51,921 nucleotides of DNA from Octopus bimaculoides (GCF_001194135.2 NC_068988.1:66950839-67002759); one strand, 5' to 3'; numbered from the stretch's first letter, positions 1-11,606 are shown. Program-made: numbers and translations. Notes: a model not told the origin generated them from the sequence alone.

Positions 1-203
1 AGAGTTGCTCAGGTGCTAAGTTCGGTGTTTTAATGGTCCTTTTCTGGGGTTGTTGCTTCACCGACCATATTTGTCTCCAGAATTCTTCCAGTTCTTCTGC
101 TGTTGGTGCTGCAGTAATGTCTATTTTATTTTTACCCAGTTCTTGGTAGAGTTTTTTGGAGTTGGATTTGAACTGTTTGTTTTGTTCAAAGAAACGTTGG
201 CGT
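1..203 (-). mobile_element. R4/Dong-clade non-LTR retrotransposon, pre-RT region fragment (5'-truncated, runs off window)
   Basis: Minus strand translates KKRQRFFEQNKQFKSNSKKLYQELGKNKIDITAAPTAEELEEFWRQIWSVKQ, matching the QN..F..N.K.FY..L...P..EE...FW..IW motif that precedes RT in R4/Dong elements; begins directly after a (GAA)n tract. Confidence 0.75.
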
Positions 204-262
204 TTCTTCTTCTTCTTCTTCTTCTTCTTCTTCTTCTTCTTCTTCTTCTTCTTCTTCTTCTT
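204..262 (+). repeat. (CTT)n microsatellite
   Basis: About 19 perfect CTT units; source of the poly-Leu ORF 50..310. Confidence 0.98.
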
Positions 263-491
263 TTACTTTTAATCTGCATGTTTGTTACAATCATTTGCCA
301 ATATGTCTAAGGATATGGGCGGTACTTGTCAGCACAATCTTTTGGATTTCTTTGTGACATGGTTCTCTTGGGATATTATTTAGATGTTTTTGATATCACT
401 TTCTTTTATCATACTTAGGGCACCTACAATAACAGGAACAGTTCTCGCTTTAAGATGCCACATCTTTTGTATTTCAATTTCCAGGTCCTTA

Positions 492-493
<2 letters not shown>
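263..493 (-). mobile_element. R4/Dong-clade 3' end (C-terminus of restriction-like endonuclease domain), frameshifted
   Basis: Minus strand YKDLEIEIQKMWHLKARTVPVIVGALSMIK, then after a frameshift HLNNIPREPCHKEIQKIVLTSTAHILRHIGK* (TGA at 293-291); clearly homologous to the frame at 29999-30316; starts in (TAA)n at 493-522 and ends in (GAA)n. Confidence 0.85.
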
Positions 494-522
<29 letters not shown>

Positions 523-1309
523 TACTTTTTGAACACCGAGCATATCTGTGGTAAAAGACATTCTGGCTACAACTATACTGGTTAATTTGGGATATCATGT
601 ATCTGGGACCAACTCATCTGATATGAGCATTTTTACAAGATGGTAAGGTACGAATCGAGAGTGACTTGGCTGCTATTACTCACAAGCAAAACAACATGTA
701 AATTCTCTTATTGGCTTGGTGCCTTTGTGACTCTAAACTTCTGCGTCAAAGCAAAAACCATTATTAACGTTATTCTACAAATGATTAATTGAAAAACAAT
801 ATAAAAATGAGGGAAAAATCTTTGGATTTGTAACCAAATTTCTGCTGCAGGATCTATAACTTTGCAGCTATCAAGTGTATTTGTTAAACATTATATTATG
901 TTAAAAATGTAACTGAAGAAACTCATGGGAAATTGGAAGAAATTCATAGATTTGAAACTTTTTCTAAAATCTAAGATCTATTTTTATAAGATGACAGGGA
1001 AAATCTCAAAACAATTTCATAAGAGGAAAGTATATATTACAAGACAATAAATATACATGAAATTTTAGGATTTGAAAACGCATGCATACATCCATCTATA
1101 CACAAATGCATGTACACAAACAGGCAAAACAACATTAATATGCGTTCACACATATTTTTGTGTATATTTCGTTTTAAATAGCCACTTCAAACAGTGTGCT
1201 GAAGATCTATGGCAGCTTTAATTTATCGAAAATCTCTGTCATACTTTGATCTTAAAGTGAACAAGAATGAGAAGAAAAACAAAAAAGAACAACAATAATA
1301 ATAATGATT

Positions 1310-1494
1310 TCAAGTTTTAGAACAAAGCCAGCCAGCAGTTTAGGTGGAGCGGGGACCAATTAAATCGACCCTCGTATTCAACTGGTGCTAATGTATCGAC
1401 CCTGAAAGAATGAAAGGCATGGTCAACGTAAAGACAGAGGGAATGCCGCTAAGCATTTTGCCCGACATGCTAACAACTTTGCCAGCTCGTAGCC
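1310..1494 (-). mobile_element. tRNA-derived SINE, family A (B box region deleted)
   Basis: Reverse complement of head GCGAGCTGGCAAAGTTGTTAGCATG and body CCTTTCATTCTTTCAGGGTCGATA; flanked by (AAT)n at 1496-1552. Confidence 0.8.
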
Positions 1495-1544
<50 letters not shown>

Positions 1545-1736
1545 GATAATAATTTTTTATTGGCCACAAGGGCTTACATACAAGCAACATGAAGTGACAA
1601 AACAAGACGATATAAAGGGTTTTAAAACGTGTAAATAAAATAACAAACAAAATTAAACAAATAAAACTCCCAATAGGGGGAGGCACTTTAAATTATTATT
1701 ACTATTCAAATCAAAGTCTTTATTGTTGTGACAGAG

Positions 1737-1948
1737 AAGGCAGCGAGCTGGCAGAAACGTTAGCAAATCGAAGAAAATATTTAGTGGTATTTCTTCCGAG
1801 CTTTGTGTTAAGAGTTCAAATTCCGTCGAGGTCAACTTTGCCTTTCCTGCTTTCGGAGTCAATAAAATAAGTACCGGTCAAATATTGGGGTCAGTGTAAA
1901 CTCTCCGGAAGTTTCAGGCCTTGTGCCTATTGTAGAAAGAATTATTGT
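1737..1948 (+). mobile_element. tRNA-derived SINE, family A
   Basis: AAGGCAGCGAGCTGGCAGAAACGTTAGC (A box), GAGTTCAAATTCC (B box), GAGGTCAACTTTGCCTTTC..GTCAATAAAATAAGTACC body, GGCCTTGTGCC..TAGAAAGAATTATT tail. Confidence 0.9.
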
Positions 1949-1949
1949 T

Positions 1950-1989
<40 letters not shown>

Positions 1990-2385
1990 CTTACTTGTTT
2001 CAGTCAATGACTGTGGCCATGCTGGGGCACCACCTTAAAGAATTTTCGTCAAATGAATCGACACCAGTGCTTTTTTTCAGCCTGGTACTTATTCAATCGA
2101 TGTCTTTTTGACGAACTGCCGAGTTACGAGTATGTAGAGACATCAACACCGGTTGCCAAGCGGTAGTAGGGTGACAAACAAAGACACAAATGCGCGCGTG
2201 CACACGCGCGCGCGCATTCATATATATATGCAGTGGACTTCTTTCAGTTTCCGTTTACCAAATCCACTTACAAAGCTTTGGTCGGTGCGAGCCCATAGTA
2301 GAAGACACTTGCCCAAGGTGCCACGCAGTAGGAGTGAACCAGGAACCATGTGCTTGTGAAGTAAGCTTCTTACCATAGAGCCACA
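1990..2385 (-). mobile_element. CORE-type tRNA-derived SINE, family B (octopus OR-like)
   Basis: Reverse complement contains GGTTCACTCC B box, CACCTTGGGCAAGTGTCTTCTACTATGG CORE-like segment, internal microsatellite and CCAGCATGGCCACAGTCATTGACTGAAACAAG tail; homologous to 26107-26561 and 36041-36486. Confidence 0.9.
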
Positions 2386-2472
2386 TACACACACACATAT
2401 GGATATGTATGTGAATAAGGTGGTGGTTCAATATACCACACTCATACCACTGAAATCAGTTAATATATATAT

Positions 2473-2626
2473 ATATATGGGGGAGAATATACAAATAATA
2501 ACAACAGACGAGGACAGGTGGTGTAAATAACAAAAGTATATATTAGTATGACGCTCGGGAATACGGAAAGTCTTTGACGTTTCGAGCTACGCTCTTCAAC
2601 AGAAAGAATACGGAGACAAGGAGAAA
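2473..2626 (-). mobile_element. Penelope-like element terminal repeat fragment (carries hammerhead motif), truncated by gap
   Basis: Contains CTGTTGAAGAGCGTAGCTCGAAACGTC on the minus strand and ends in (TA)n; hammerhead motifs in terminal repeats are an established Penelope-like feature. Confidence 0.65.
2571..2607 (-). ncRNA. Minimal type I hammerhead ribozyme motif, variant core CUGUUGA
   Basis: UCUUU-CUGUUGA-A-GAGC-GUA-GCUC-GAAA-C-GUC-AAAGA: 5-bp stem I, 4-bp stem II, palindromic loopless stem III (ACGU), GUC cleavage triplet. Confidence 0.65.
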
Positions 2627-3891
2627 NNNNNNNNNNNNNNNNNNNNNNNNNNNNNNNNNNNNNNNNNNNNNNNNNNNNNNNNNNNNNNNNNNNNNNNNNN
2701 NNNNNNNNNNNNNNNNNNNNNNNNNNNNNNNNNNNNNNNNNNNNNNNNNNNNNNNNNNNNNNNNNNNNNNNNNNNNNNNNNNNNNNNNNNNNNNNNNNNN
2801 NNNNNNNNNNNNNNNNNNNNNNNNNNNNNNNNNNNNNNNNNNNNNNNNNNNNNNNNNNNNNNNNNNNNNNNNNNNNNNNNNNNNNNNNNNNNNNNNNNNN
2901 NNNNNNNNNNNNNNNNNNNNNNNNNNNNNNNNNNNNNNNNNNNNNNNNNNNNNNNNNNNNNNNNNNNNNNNNNNNNNNNNNNNNNNNNNNNNNNNNNNNN
3001 NNNNNNNTATATATATATATATATATATATATAGCAAGTGACATCAAATTTCCCACGAAGAACTCTATAATTACATAGTGTTTCTTAAGCTAATAGAAAA
3101 AGAAAAGAAAAGAAAAGAAAAAAAATGAAAAATCAATGTAAAAATGTTAAAAAGTGAAAAACAAACAAACAAAAAATCTCAGAAAATCTTGAAGCAAAAT
3201 GCATTGCAGTAAAACACGTGGAGTGTGAAAATGGCGAAGAATGCAAAAGAATAGGAAAAGATTGAAGCAACAGGAAAACAAATTTAACTGGAAGAAAACA
3301 CATTGTTTTAAGTAAATAACAATAGCTGCACACAGTTGTAACTACACGGAGTGTTACGAGGAATGACGTATATCTTATGGAAGATATCACGAAAAGAAAT
3401 ATGATTGAATTTTATATAGTATCATTGTCACGTCTTTTGATAATTTTTATATATGTCATGGTATGAAAAGAGGTATTATTGCCTATCTATCTATTTATCT
3501 ATGATTTAGAAACGCAAAAATTTAAGCTACAGGTGTGTTCGAGCCAAATCTTATTTATTCAAGATTATTTTTGCATATTTTCTTATCAACTTTTGGAACA
3601 AAACCTACTAGTTTTCATAATTTAGTAAGAAACTTTTCATAAATAATATTTTCTCAGCAACGTAAAATGTATAAATATCGCTTTCAAGACAAATTGGAAA
3701 TAATGATTAAGAGTTGGCAGTTTGCGTAAAGGTAAATTTTTACTGCCTTTTTAAGAAAATAAATTGCTTAACCGCTCTCAGTTGACCTTTAGCACAGATA
3801 AAATTAAACTTCTCAAAAATATGAGCGAAATATTTTGTAGGTTTTTCGAGGCACTTAATATTTTAAGAATTGACAACAAACTGTGAGAATA

Positions 3892-3927
<36 letters not shown>

Positions 3928-4611
3928 NNNNNNNNNNNNNNNNNNNNNNNNNNNNNNNNNNNNNNNNNNNNNNNNNNNNNNNNNNNNNNNNNNNNNNNNN
4001 NNNNNNNNNNNNNNNNNNNNNNNNNNNNNNNNNNNNNNNNNNNNNNNNNNNNNNNNNNNNNNNNNNNNNNNNNNNNNNNNNNNNNNNNNNNNNNNNNNNN
4101 NNNNNNNNNNNNNNNNNNNNNNNNNNNNNNNNNNNNNNNNNNNNNNNNNNNNNNNNNNNNNNNNNNNNNNNNNNNNNNNNNNNNNNNNNNNNNNNNNNNN
4201 NNNNNNNNNNNNNNNNNNNNNNNNNNNNNNNNNNNNNNNNNNNNNNNNNNNNNNNNNNNNNNNNNNNNNNNNNNNNNNNNNNNNNNNNNNNNNNNNNNNN
4301 NNNNNNNNNNNNNNNNNNNNNNNNNNNNNNNNNNNNNNNNNNNNNNNNNNNNNNNNNNNNNNNNNNNNNNNNNNNNNNNNNNNNNNNNNNNNNNNNNNNN
4401 NNNNNNNNNNNNNNNNNNNNNNNNNNNNNNNNNNNNNNNNNNNNNNNNNNNNNNNNNNNNNNNNNNNNNNNNNNNNNNNNNNNNNNNNNNNNNNNNNNNN
4501 NNNNNNNNNNNNNNNNNNNNNNNNNNNNNNNNNNNNNNNNNNNNNNNNNNNNNNNNNNNNNNNNNNNNNNNNNNNNNNNNNNNNNNNNNNNNNNNNNNNN
4601 NNNNNNNNNNN

Positions 4612-4677
<66 letters not shown>

Positions 4678-4770
4678 CTCTCTATCTATCTATGAAATTA
4701 ATGTCGCACGAAGAAGCATTGAATAGAATAGATTCGTGTAAAGTCATGTTTAACATGTTTGCTTCCTCAT

Positions 4771-4905
4771 AGTTTCCGTCAGCCAAATTTACTGAGAAGA
4801 CATTGATCTTCCGGGGTTATAACAGATAACAATTGGCCCTAGATGACACGCAGGAGAACTGAAACGGAAAACCACGAAGTTGTAAAGCGAGCTTCTTAAT
4901 CATGT
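4771..4905 (-). mobile_element. Degenerate family B SINE 5' half
   Basis: GTTTCCGTCAGCCAAATTTACT..CCCTAGATGACACGCAG..ACTGAAACGGAAAACCAC..AGCGAGCTTCTTAA resembles the family B head region. Confidence 0.55.
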
Positions 4906-5544
4906 CTGCGTTTACATTTAGAAATTCGTTTCTTTTGTGTTTTTCTTCTAGTTTTAATAATTGAGCTGCATTAAGCAAACTGACGACTATTTAGAGAAAT
5001 ATCCGAATTTCATTGCAAGAAAACAGTTTGCTGAGTTGAATTATTTAAAGACCAAACGTAAATCTCTCTTGAAGTGACAGTTCCACATTGAAATGATGAC
5101 ACCTCACACTAAACTGTCGGAGATCTCATGAATAGCGATCTTGAAAATAATCTCTAATATTAGACATATCAAACTGTTCTCTACAGTAGCGCTTGCAAAT
5201 AATGAATAAGTATATCAAGTAAACATTTTCGCACTAAATCTTCATTAAGCGTCAATAGCAACGCAACGAAAACACAACAAAGCATTTACAACCTTTCTTG
5301 TCATGTTAAGTTTTCGCAATTCGATGAGTAAATAAATTCTTTATTTCACTGGATCGAACTCTAACTCCCTGCTTTTTGAATTGAAACTGCTGTGTCAGAT
5401 TTGTTTTACATAATTTTAGTTTATAAATTAGCAGACTCGTTAGGGTGTCGGATAAAATAGTTGTAACTATCTACACACTGAGTTCAAATCTCACCTTTCC
5501 GAGGTCAGTATAAATGTGTCAATCCAGGGATGCTTTGCTGTATT

Positions 5545-6172
5545 TGGTTGATTTCTGCGGCATTTGAACTTAGAACGTAAAAAGCCGGACGAAATACAGC
5601 AAGCTTGTTTTTCCGACGCTGTAAAGATTCTGTCGACTCTTCGCTCTTCTTGCGTATAATAATGGTTTCAAATTCTAGTAGAAGGTCAGCAATTCTAAGG
5701 GATGGGATTAGTCGATTTTATTTTATCGACTCCGAAAGGATGAAAAAAAAAGTTTATCTTTAACAGGATATAAACTCAGAACTCAAAGTGCCGGAAGACA
5801 TTCCACTAGATATTATTATGTTCGGCATGCTAGCAATTCTGCCAGCTCACCGGGTTACTATGTATAGTTACAACCCTTTCCACACGAGGCAAAAGGCCTG
5901 AAAATTTGTTGGGAGGGAGCTAGTCAATTATATCAACTTCAATATTAATCTGATACTTATTTCATTGATTTTGAAAAAGAAGAGCAGAGTCTTCAAGGCG
6001 AGCAAGTCCGATTACGTTGACCCCTGTACCGAACTGATACTAATTTCATCGACCTTGAAAGGATGAAAGGCAAAGTCGACCTCGGCGGAATTTGAACTCA
6101 GAATGTGAGGACGGATAAAATGCCGCTAAGCATCTGGCCCGGTATGCTAACGATTCTGCCAGCTCGCCGCCT
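5545..6172 (-). mobile_element. Head-to-tail cluster of about 4 family A SINE copies
   Basis: Repeated ATTTGAACT(C/T)AGAA and ATTCTGCCAGCTC motifs; best copy 5995-6172 (GGATGAAAGGCAAAGTCGACCTCGGCGGAATTTGAACTCAGAA..CGATTCTGCCAGCTCGCCGCCT). Confidence 0.85.
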
Positions 6173-7473
6173 AAATGATTACAGTAGTAATACAAATAAT
6201 TATCATACATATGCATACATACCCGTATCTATATGTATTAATGAATATATATATATATATATATATACTGGCAAAATGTTATCGGGTGGTGAGCATAAAA
6301 AAATTCGCCTTATCTGTAGGAAGAGCATCAAATAAATGTACAACCCAGATGTGGATAATCTAGGCTCTAGATTTCGAACTTTCCAAATTACGTTTGTTAA
6401 CGTAAACTTGATTAGTTCTTTAAAAACTTTCTCACTGTTCTCGGTCTGTTAGCGGCTAGGCGTTTCGGACGGGTATATACTGGTATTGATGTAGCGACAT
6501 TTGAGATTTTATCCAGGCAAAACTAACCGATGAGAACTAAGGCAAGAAAGGTGAAAAAGAAAGACTGTGAAGATATCACATTGATAGTAGATGCATAAAG
6601 TGAAGGCAAAAGTGTATGTACATTTGAATGAAAAATTACTCAACTTTTAAATAATGAAGAAATGATTTAAGATAGCATGTTGAAACTGAAACATCGTAGA
6701 AGTATTTGAAGCATTTAGGAACACAAAGAATCGTGTATTCGTATTTCTTGTATTTCATAATAATGCTATTTTATAATAATGCTGTCAAAAGTGTTGTCGC
6801 ACTTCTGTGACTTGGTCACTAACATAATCCAGTGTTTCAGTAGCTATATGAATATTGAATTGTTTTATACTTTATAGTACACCTTACTATTAAAAATGAA
6901 CTGACATTAGTATTGCAATCTTTGTGAGTTTTTAATGGCTGAAATCAGACTTCCTCGTAGCAATATTCCATGATGTAGAAGGGTAAATAATTGTGAAGTT
7001 ATTACGCATGTCAATAATTGTTTTTAGTCAAATAAAAGATTATTAATGTCTTAATATTTAAGTTAGAATTTAGAAAAAAACACTATTCCCGTTAAGAAAT
7101 ATATTACATGCTAGCTGTAAAACTGTTATCGTTATTCTTCGATCGATCTTCAGCCATTAAGAGTTTCAAATGCAAAGCCTTGAAATTACAAAAATGATGC
7201 ATAATTCTTACAAAGCATATTATATTTCTATTATGATGCCAGCAAATATATATATGTAAGTTGGAAATTATTAAAGCTTCGTTAGAGATCTCACAATGAG
7301 ATGTATTGTTTTTCCAATATTGAGATAACAGCAAAGCTACAAACTCATTGAAATTCTGTAATTCTTTAGAGACACTGAACTTTGCTGTTTTATCGAAAAG
7401 ACTGATTTTGCAAGATTTAACAATCATAGCTGTCACATATAAAAAGGGTTTCGAATATATAAAAGAAAAAAAA

Positions 7474-7560
7474 ATGTATCGATTTCTGCTTCTGATTACT
7501 TTGGCTTTAGGAGTTCATCTATCATTTGATCCCAGTGAGAGACTACAAGACTTTTATCAA
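7474..7560 (+). CDS. Candidate first coding exon of a secreted or membrane protein (signal-peptide-like), unidentified
   Basis: A-rich context AAAAATG; MYRFLLLITLALGVHLSFDPSERLQDFYQ has a basic n-region and hydrophobic core; ends exactly at CAA|GTAATA (phase 0 donor). No homology recognised. Confidence 0.4.
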
Positions 7561-9406
7561 GTAATATATCACTAAAAGGAGATGCATAAATAAAAAAAAA
7601 ATGAAGCAGAAAAGTCACTGTCATTTACAAAACAAATAAATCGAAAAACCGAGCCTAACTTCAAATAGTTTTCTTCAGTGCAGCAGAGCAAGATTTTGTT
7701 TTAGTGTAGAGTACAGTCGAATGAATCATGTTTGTAATTTTAGCAATCCCCAAAGGAATCGCTGTTCCGACCTTCGATATCAAACTCCCGACTGTGATGT
7801 CGGAGCAGTGCTGTTGTACTAGTTGTTGTTGTCTAGCTTCAAAACAGTCGTGATTTAACAAACCTATGATTAGCCGTGAACGTAACATTTTGTTCAATCG
7901 TAGTATACACTGTACTGCAATATTTATTATGTCCTTTCATTTTATTTTAAAATGGGAATGTGTGATTTCTAGGTGATTTACAGTTATTTCTAGCAGGTTA
8001 AGTAGCTACATAGAGGCTCCCTGGTCGGCACGAGATTGCATTAGTAATGTATGTTTGTATAGCTATACATTATTTAAGAAACCAGCTCGCTCTATGAACT
8101 GGAAGGCTATAGCTAATTTCACGTTCAAGCTAAGGAACACTTTCAAATGACGAGTGTAATCTTCAAGTGTTCAAATGATTAATATATTCATTTAATACAT
8201 TTTTACCCCGTTAAATGCCCACCCAAGGATTCATGTTTATTAATTAATTCACGCTGTCACATTTGCATATTTGTTACACATTCGCATGGACACACCTTCA
8301 CTGATAACTACATGTGTTCAGAAAGAAATAAATGCATTTATAAAAGAGTAATTGCATGGGAACGCATTCACACACAGATAAACGCAGAAATTCACATACA
8401 GATACATGTATACACATATATAAATGGTGGTTTCATGCATAAACATAGCATATACATACATGTGATAAAGGCGTGTGCATGTACATACACACAAACACAC
8501 ACACACACAGACACACACACACACACACACACACACAAGGAGGTAGTTAGAATTTGGGGTAAATATTATTGGCGCTTCCATCTCGCTTGTTTCCGAGACG
8601 CATCAGATATGAATTCATTACAGAAAATGTATGCTAATTTATTTAGATCTGGAAGAAAAGGTTCCTTTATTTCTATATGTGTGTGTTTATATATGCATAC
8701 ATACATATATATGTGCGTGTACACTTGTGCGCGCAAATCTGTTTGTGGTGAAGTTTTGGAGGTTTGGTTAGAGTCAGAAAAAAGAGAGAAGAAAAAAGTG
8801 TAAGAGAGAGAGAGAGAGGGGGAAAGAAAGACAAGACGGGAAGACAGCAAAAGGACAGGAAAGAAAGGAAGAGAAAAGGAAAGAGGGTCCTGGGATGGTT
8901 TAAACAGCATTGAATTTATATGGTCAGCTTATGGATGGAAGTTAATGATAATTCAAGATGTCAGTTTTGCTTTAAACTTCGCTTTGTAAGCGTCTCTGTG
9001 TCTGTCTGTCTCTCTCTCTCTTATATACATATTAATATGTATGTAAATACACACATACATACACATGCAGATATATACAGAGGTACAATATGCAAAATAT
9101 ATAATGCAATAAGAAAGCATTCTTTTTTCTGTCGAGGGCTTATGTGCCCCTTTATTAGACTATTTTCTTAGTCATTGCACAGTGATCGCCATAAGCTTTA
9201 AGCTTATATAAAAATACCATTGTTATTATTAAAAGGATTGTAAAAGCGGTGCCGTATAAAAAAACATTCGCCCTGAAAGCATATATACAGAATATATNNN
9301 NNNNNNNNNNNNNNNNNNNNNNNNNNNNNNNNNNNNNNNNNNNNNNNNNNNNNNNNNNNNNNNNNNNNNNNNNNNNNNNNNNNNNNNNNNNNNNNNNNNN
9401 NNNNNN

Positions 9407-9454
<48 letters not shown>

Positions 9455-9928
9455 GCGCACACATAGCCACCACCCATCAACACAAACACATATACATGTA
9501 TCAGGTATAGTACACATCTTACACATGCATACACATATGCATATATGCATGTATACATACACTTACACACACACATCTATATCTATGCATACAGATTATA
9601 TACTATCAATATATTTTGTGTGATAGTCGAGTAGTGAAAAAGAGACAGATAGATAAAGGAGAAAGAGAGATTGTGTGGTAGTAATTAGGCTTGACTAAAA
9701 TTATGAAAACATAATTAGGCTTGACTCTGCCTTTCATTTGTTTTCTACTTCTGTTCCTCCTTTCTATGTTACAGATAACCTCCTCCCCCTCCCTGGCTTT
9801 TGTTCATGTTCTACCACCTCTCTCTTCAACTGTTTACATCTCTGGCACAATAATATGAACCACTTTTGCTAACCTATTCTTCATGGGGGGAGCCAAACTT
9901 ATTGTAATATCTCTGTGTGACTGCTTAC

Positions 9929-10015
9929 CGGTGGCATAACCAAGACATTTTGTATAGTTCATCAGCAAATTATGAATAGTACGATTATTACGTAACTTCG
10001 AGTTTCCTGATACAG
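9929..10015 (-). CDS. Candidate internal exon, phase 1-1, unidentified
   Basis: Acceptor CTCTTAACTCGACAG| (alternative TATCAG| 9 nt inside), donor CCG|GTAAGC; 87 nt, open only in phase 1: (A)VSGNSKLRNNRTIHNLLMNYTKCLGYAT(G). Confidence 0.25.
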
Positions 10016-10071
10016 CTGTCGAGTTAAGAGTACGTATGTGTGTGTGAGAGAATGTGTTTGTTTTCCTACAC

Positions 10072-10121
<50 letters not shown>

Positions 10122-10957
10122 GTGCGTATGCACGTTACACCCTATATATCGTCTCGGATTTCTCTTATAGCCACTTTAGACGCCGTGGGCTTTGCTCTGG
10201 ATGAAAAATTCGGAGTCGAAATTCTTTTGAGCACTGGTGTCTTTTTTTCAAAACTAAGCATATGCTAATTCTCACCTGTTGTTTGTATATATATATATAT
10301 ATATATATATATNNNNNNNNNNNNNNNNNNNNNNNNNNNNNNNNNNNNNNNNNNNNNNNNNNNNNNNNNNNNNNNNNNNNNNNNNNNNNNNNNNNNNNNN
10401 NNNNNNNNNNNNNNNNNNNNNNNNNNNNNNNNNNNNNNNNNNNNNNNNNNNNNNNNNNNNNNNNNNNNNNNNNNNNNNNNNNNNNNNNNNNNNNNNNNNN
10501 NNNNNNNNNNNNNNNNNNNNNNNNNNNNNNNNNNNNNNNNNNNNNNNNNNNNNNNNNNNNNNNNNNNNNNNNNNNNNNNNNNNNNNNNNNNNNNNNNNNN
10601 NNNNNNNNNNNNNNNNNNNNNNNNNNNNNNNNNNNNNNNNNNNNNNNNNNNNNNNNNNNNNNNNNNNNNNNNNNNNNNNNNNNNNNNNNNNNNNNNNNNN
10701 NNNNNNNNNNNNNNNNNNNNNNNNNNNNNNNNNNNNNNNNNNNNNNNNNNNNNNNNNNNNNNNNNNNNNNNNNNNNNNNNNNNNNNNNNNNNNNNNNNNN
10801 NNNNNNNNNNNNNNNNNNNNNNNNNNNNNNNNNNNNNNNNNNNNNNNNNNNNNNNNNNNNNNNNNNNNNNNNNNNNNNNNNNNNNNNNNNNNNNNNNNNN
10901 NNNNNNNNNNNNNNNNNNNNNNNNNNNNNNNNNNNNNNNNNNNNNNNNNNNNNNNNN

Positions 10958-10990
<33 letters not shown>

Positions 10991-11293
10991 ATATGTGTGT
11001 ATGTATCTAACTATCTACCTACCTACCTATCTGCCTATATACATGGACATGTCATTATACAAATTCACTGAAGGTAATAAATAACGATTTTTTGTTCCTT
11101 GAATCAAAAGAAATAATTTCTTATTAAATGTAAGTTTAATAAAAACGCTGTAATCCCTGGAGTTACAAATGTATTCGTTTATTAAAAAGCAGCGTAAATG
11201 ATATTAATTTTCAGAGTGGTCTAAAACATTCATCACTTAACTGTTATTAGACAGAAAGGAATAGACTGTAGAAAGTCTATCGAGTATCAGCAC

Positions 11294-11349
11294 GGAACAG
11301 TGGAACAGTGGAGCAGTAAAACAGTGGAATGGTGGAACAGTGGAATAGT
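11294..11349 (+). repeat. 8-bp minisatellite (GGAACAGT) x7, imperfect
   Basis: GGAACAGT GGAACAGT GGAGCAGT AAAACAGT GGAATGGT GGAACAGT GGAATAGT. Confidence 0.9.
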
Positions 11350-11558
11350 GCACGTCAGTTTGAAAAGACAACTTAAGAAAGTCATTTATATATTACTTTT
11401 AACTCGGATTGATTCCCCATTTGCAACAAAGATTTCATTGAGAAAATACAACACAATGAAAGTATATAACGCGTAGGCCATCTCTACTATTCATTGAATT
11501 AGAGGTGGGCTGTTATTCCCATATGTGTGTGTGTGTGTGCGTGTATGCGTGTATGTGT

Positions 11559-11606
<48 letters not shown>

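Noticed and set aside
4956-5045. Short imperfect inverted repeat
   Set aside because: Arms about 22 bp with indels; too weak to call a MITE.
7104-7436. 110-aa minus-strand ORF
   Set aside because: No recognisable motif, AT-rich codons, no convincing splice boundaries; overlaps a better plus-strand candidate.
7661-7897. 78-aa minus-strand ORF in a GC-richer patch
   Set aside because: No homology recognised in any frame; could be regulatory but nothing in the sequence supports a call.
10171-10236. Plus-strand exon-like segment TLDAVGFALDEKFGVEILLSTG
   Set aside because: Good acceptor but weak donor (GTGTCT) and phase 1, incompatible with the phase 0 candidates.
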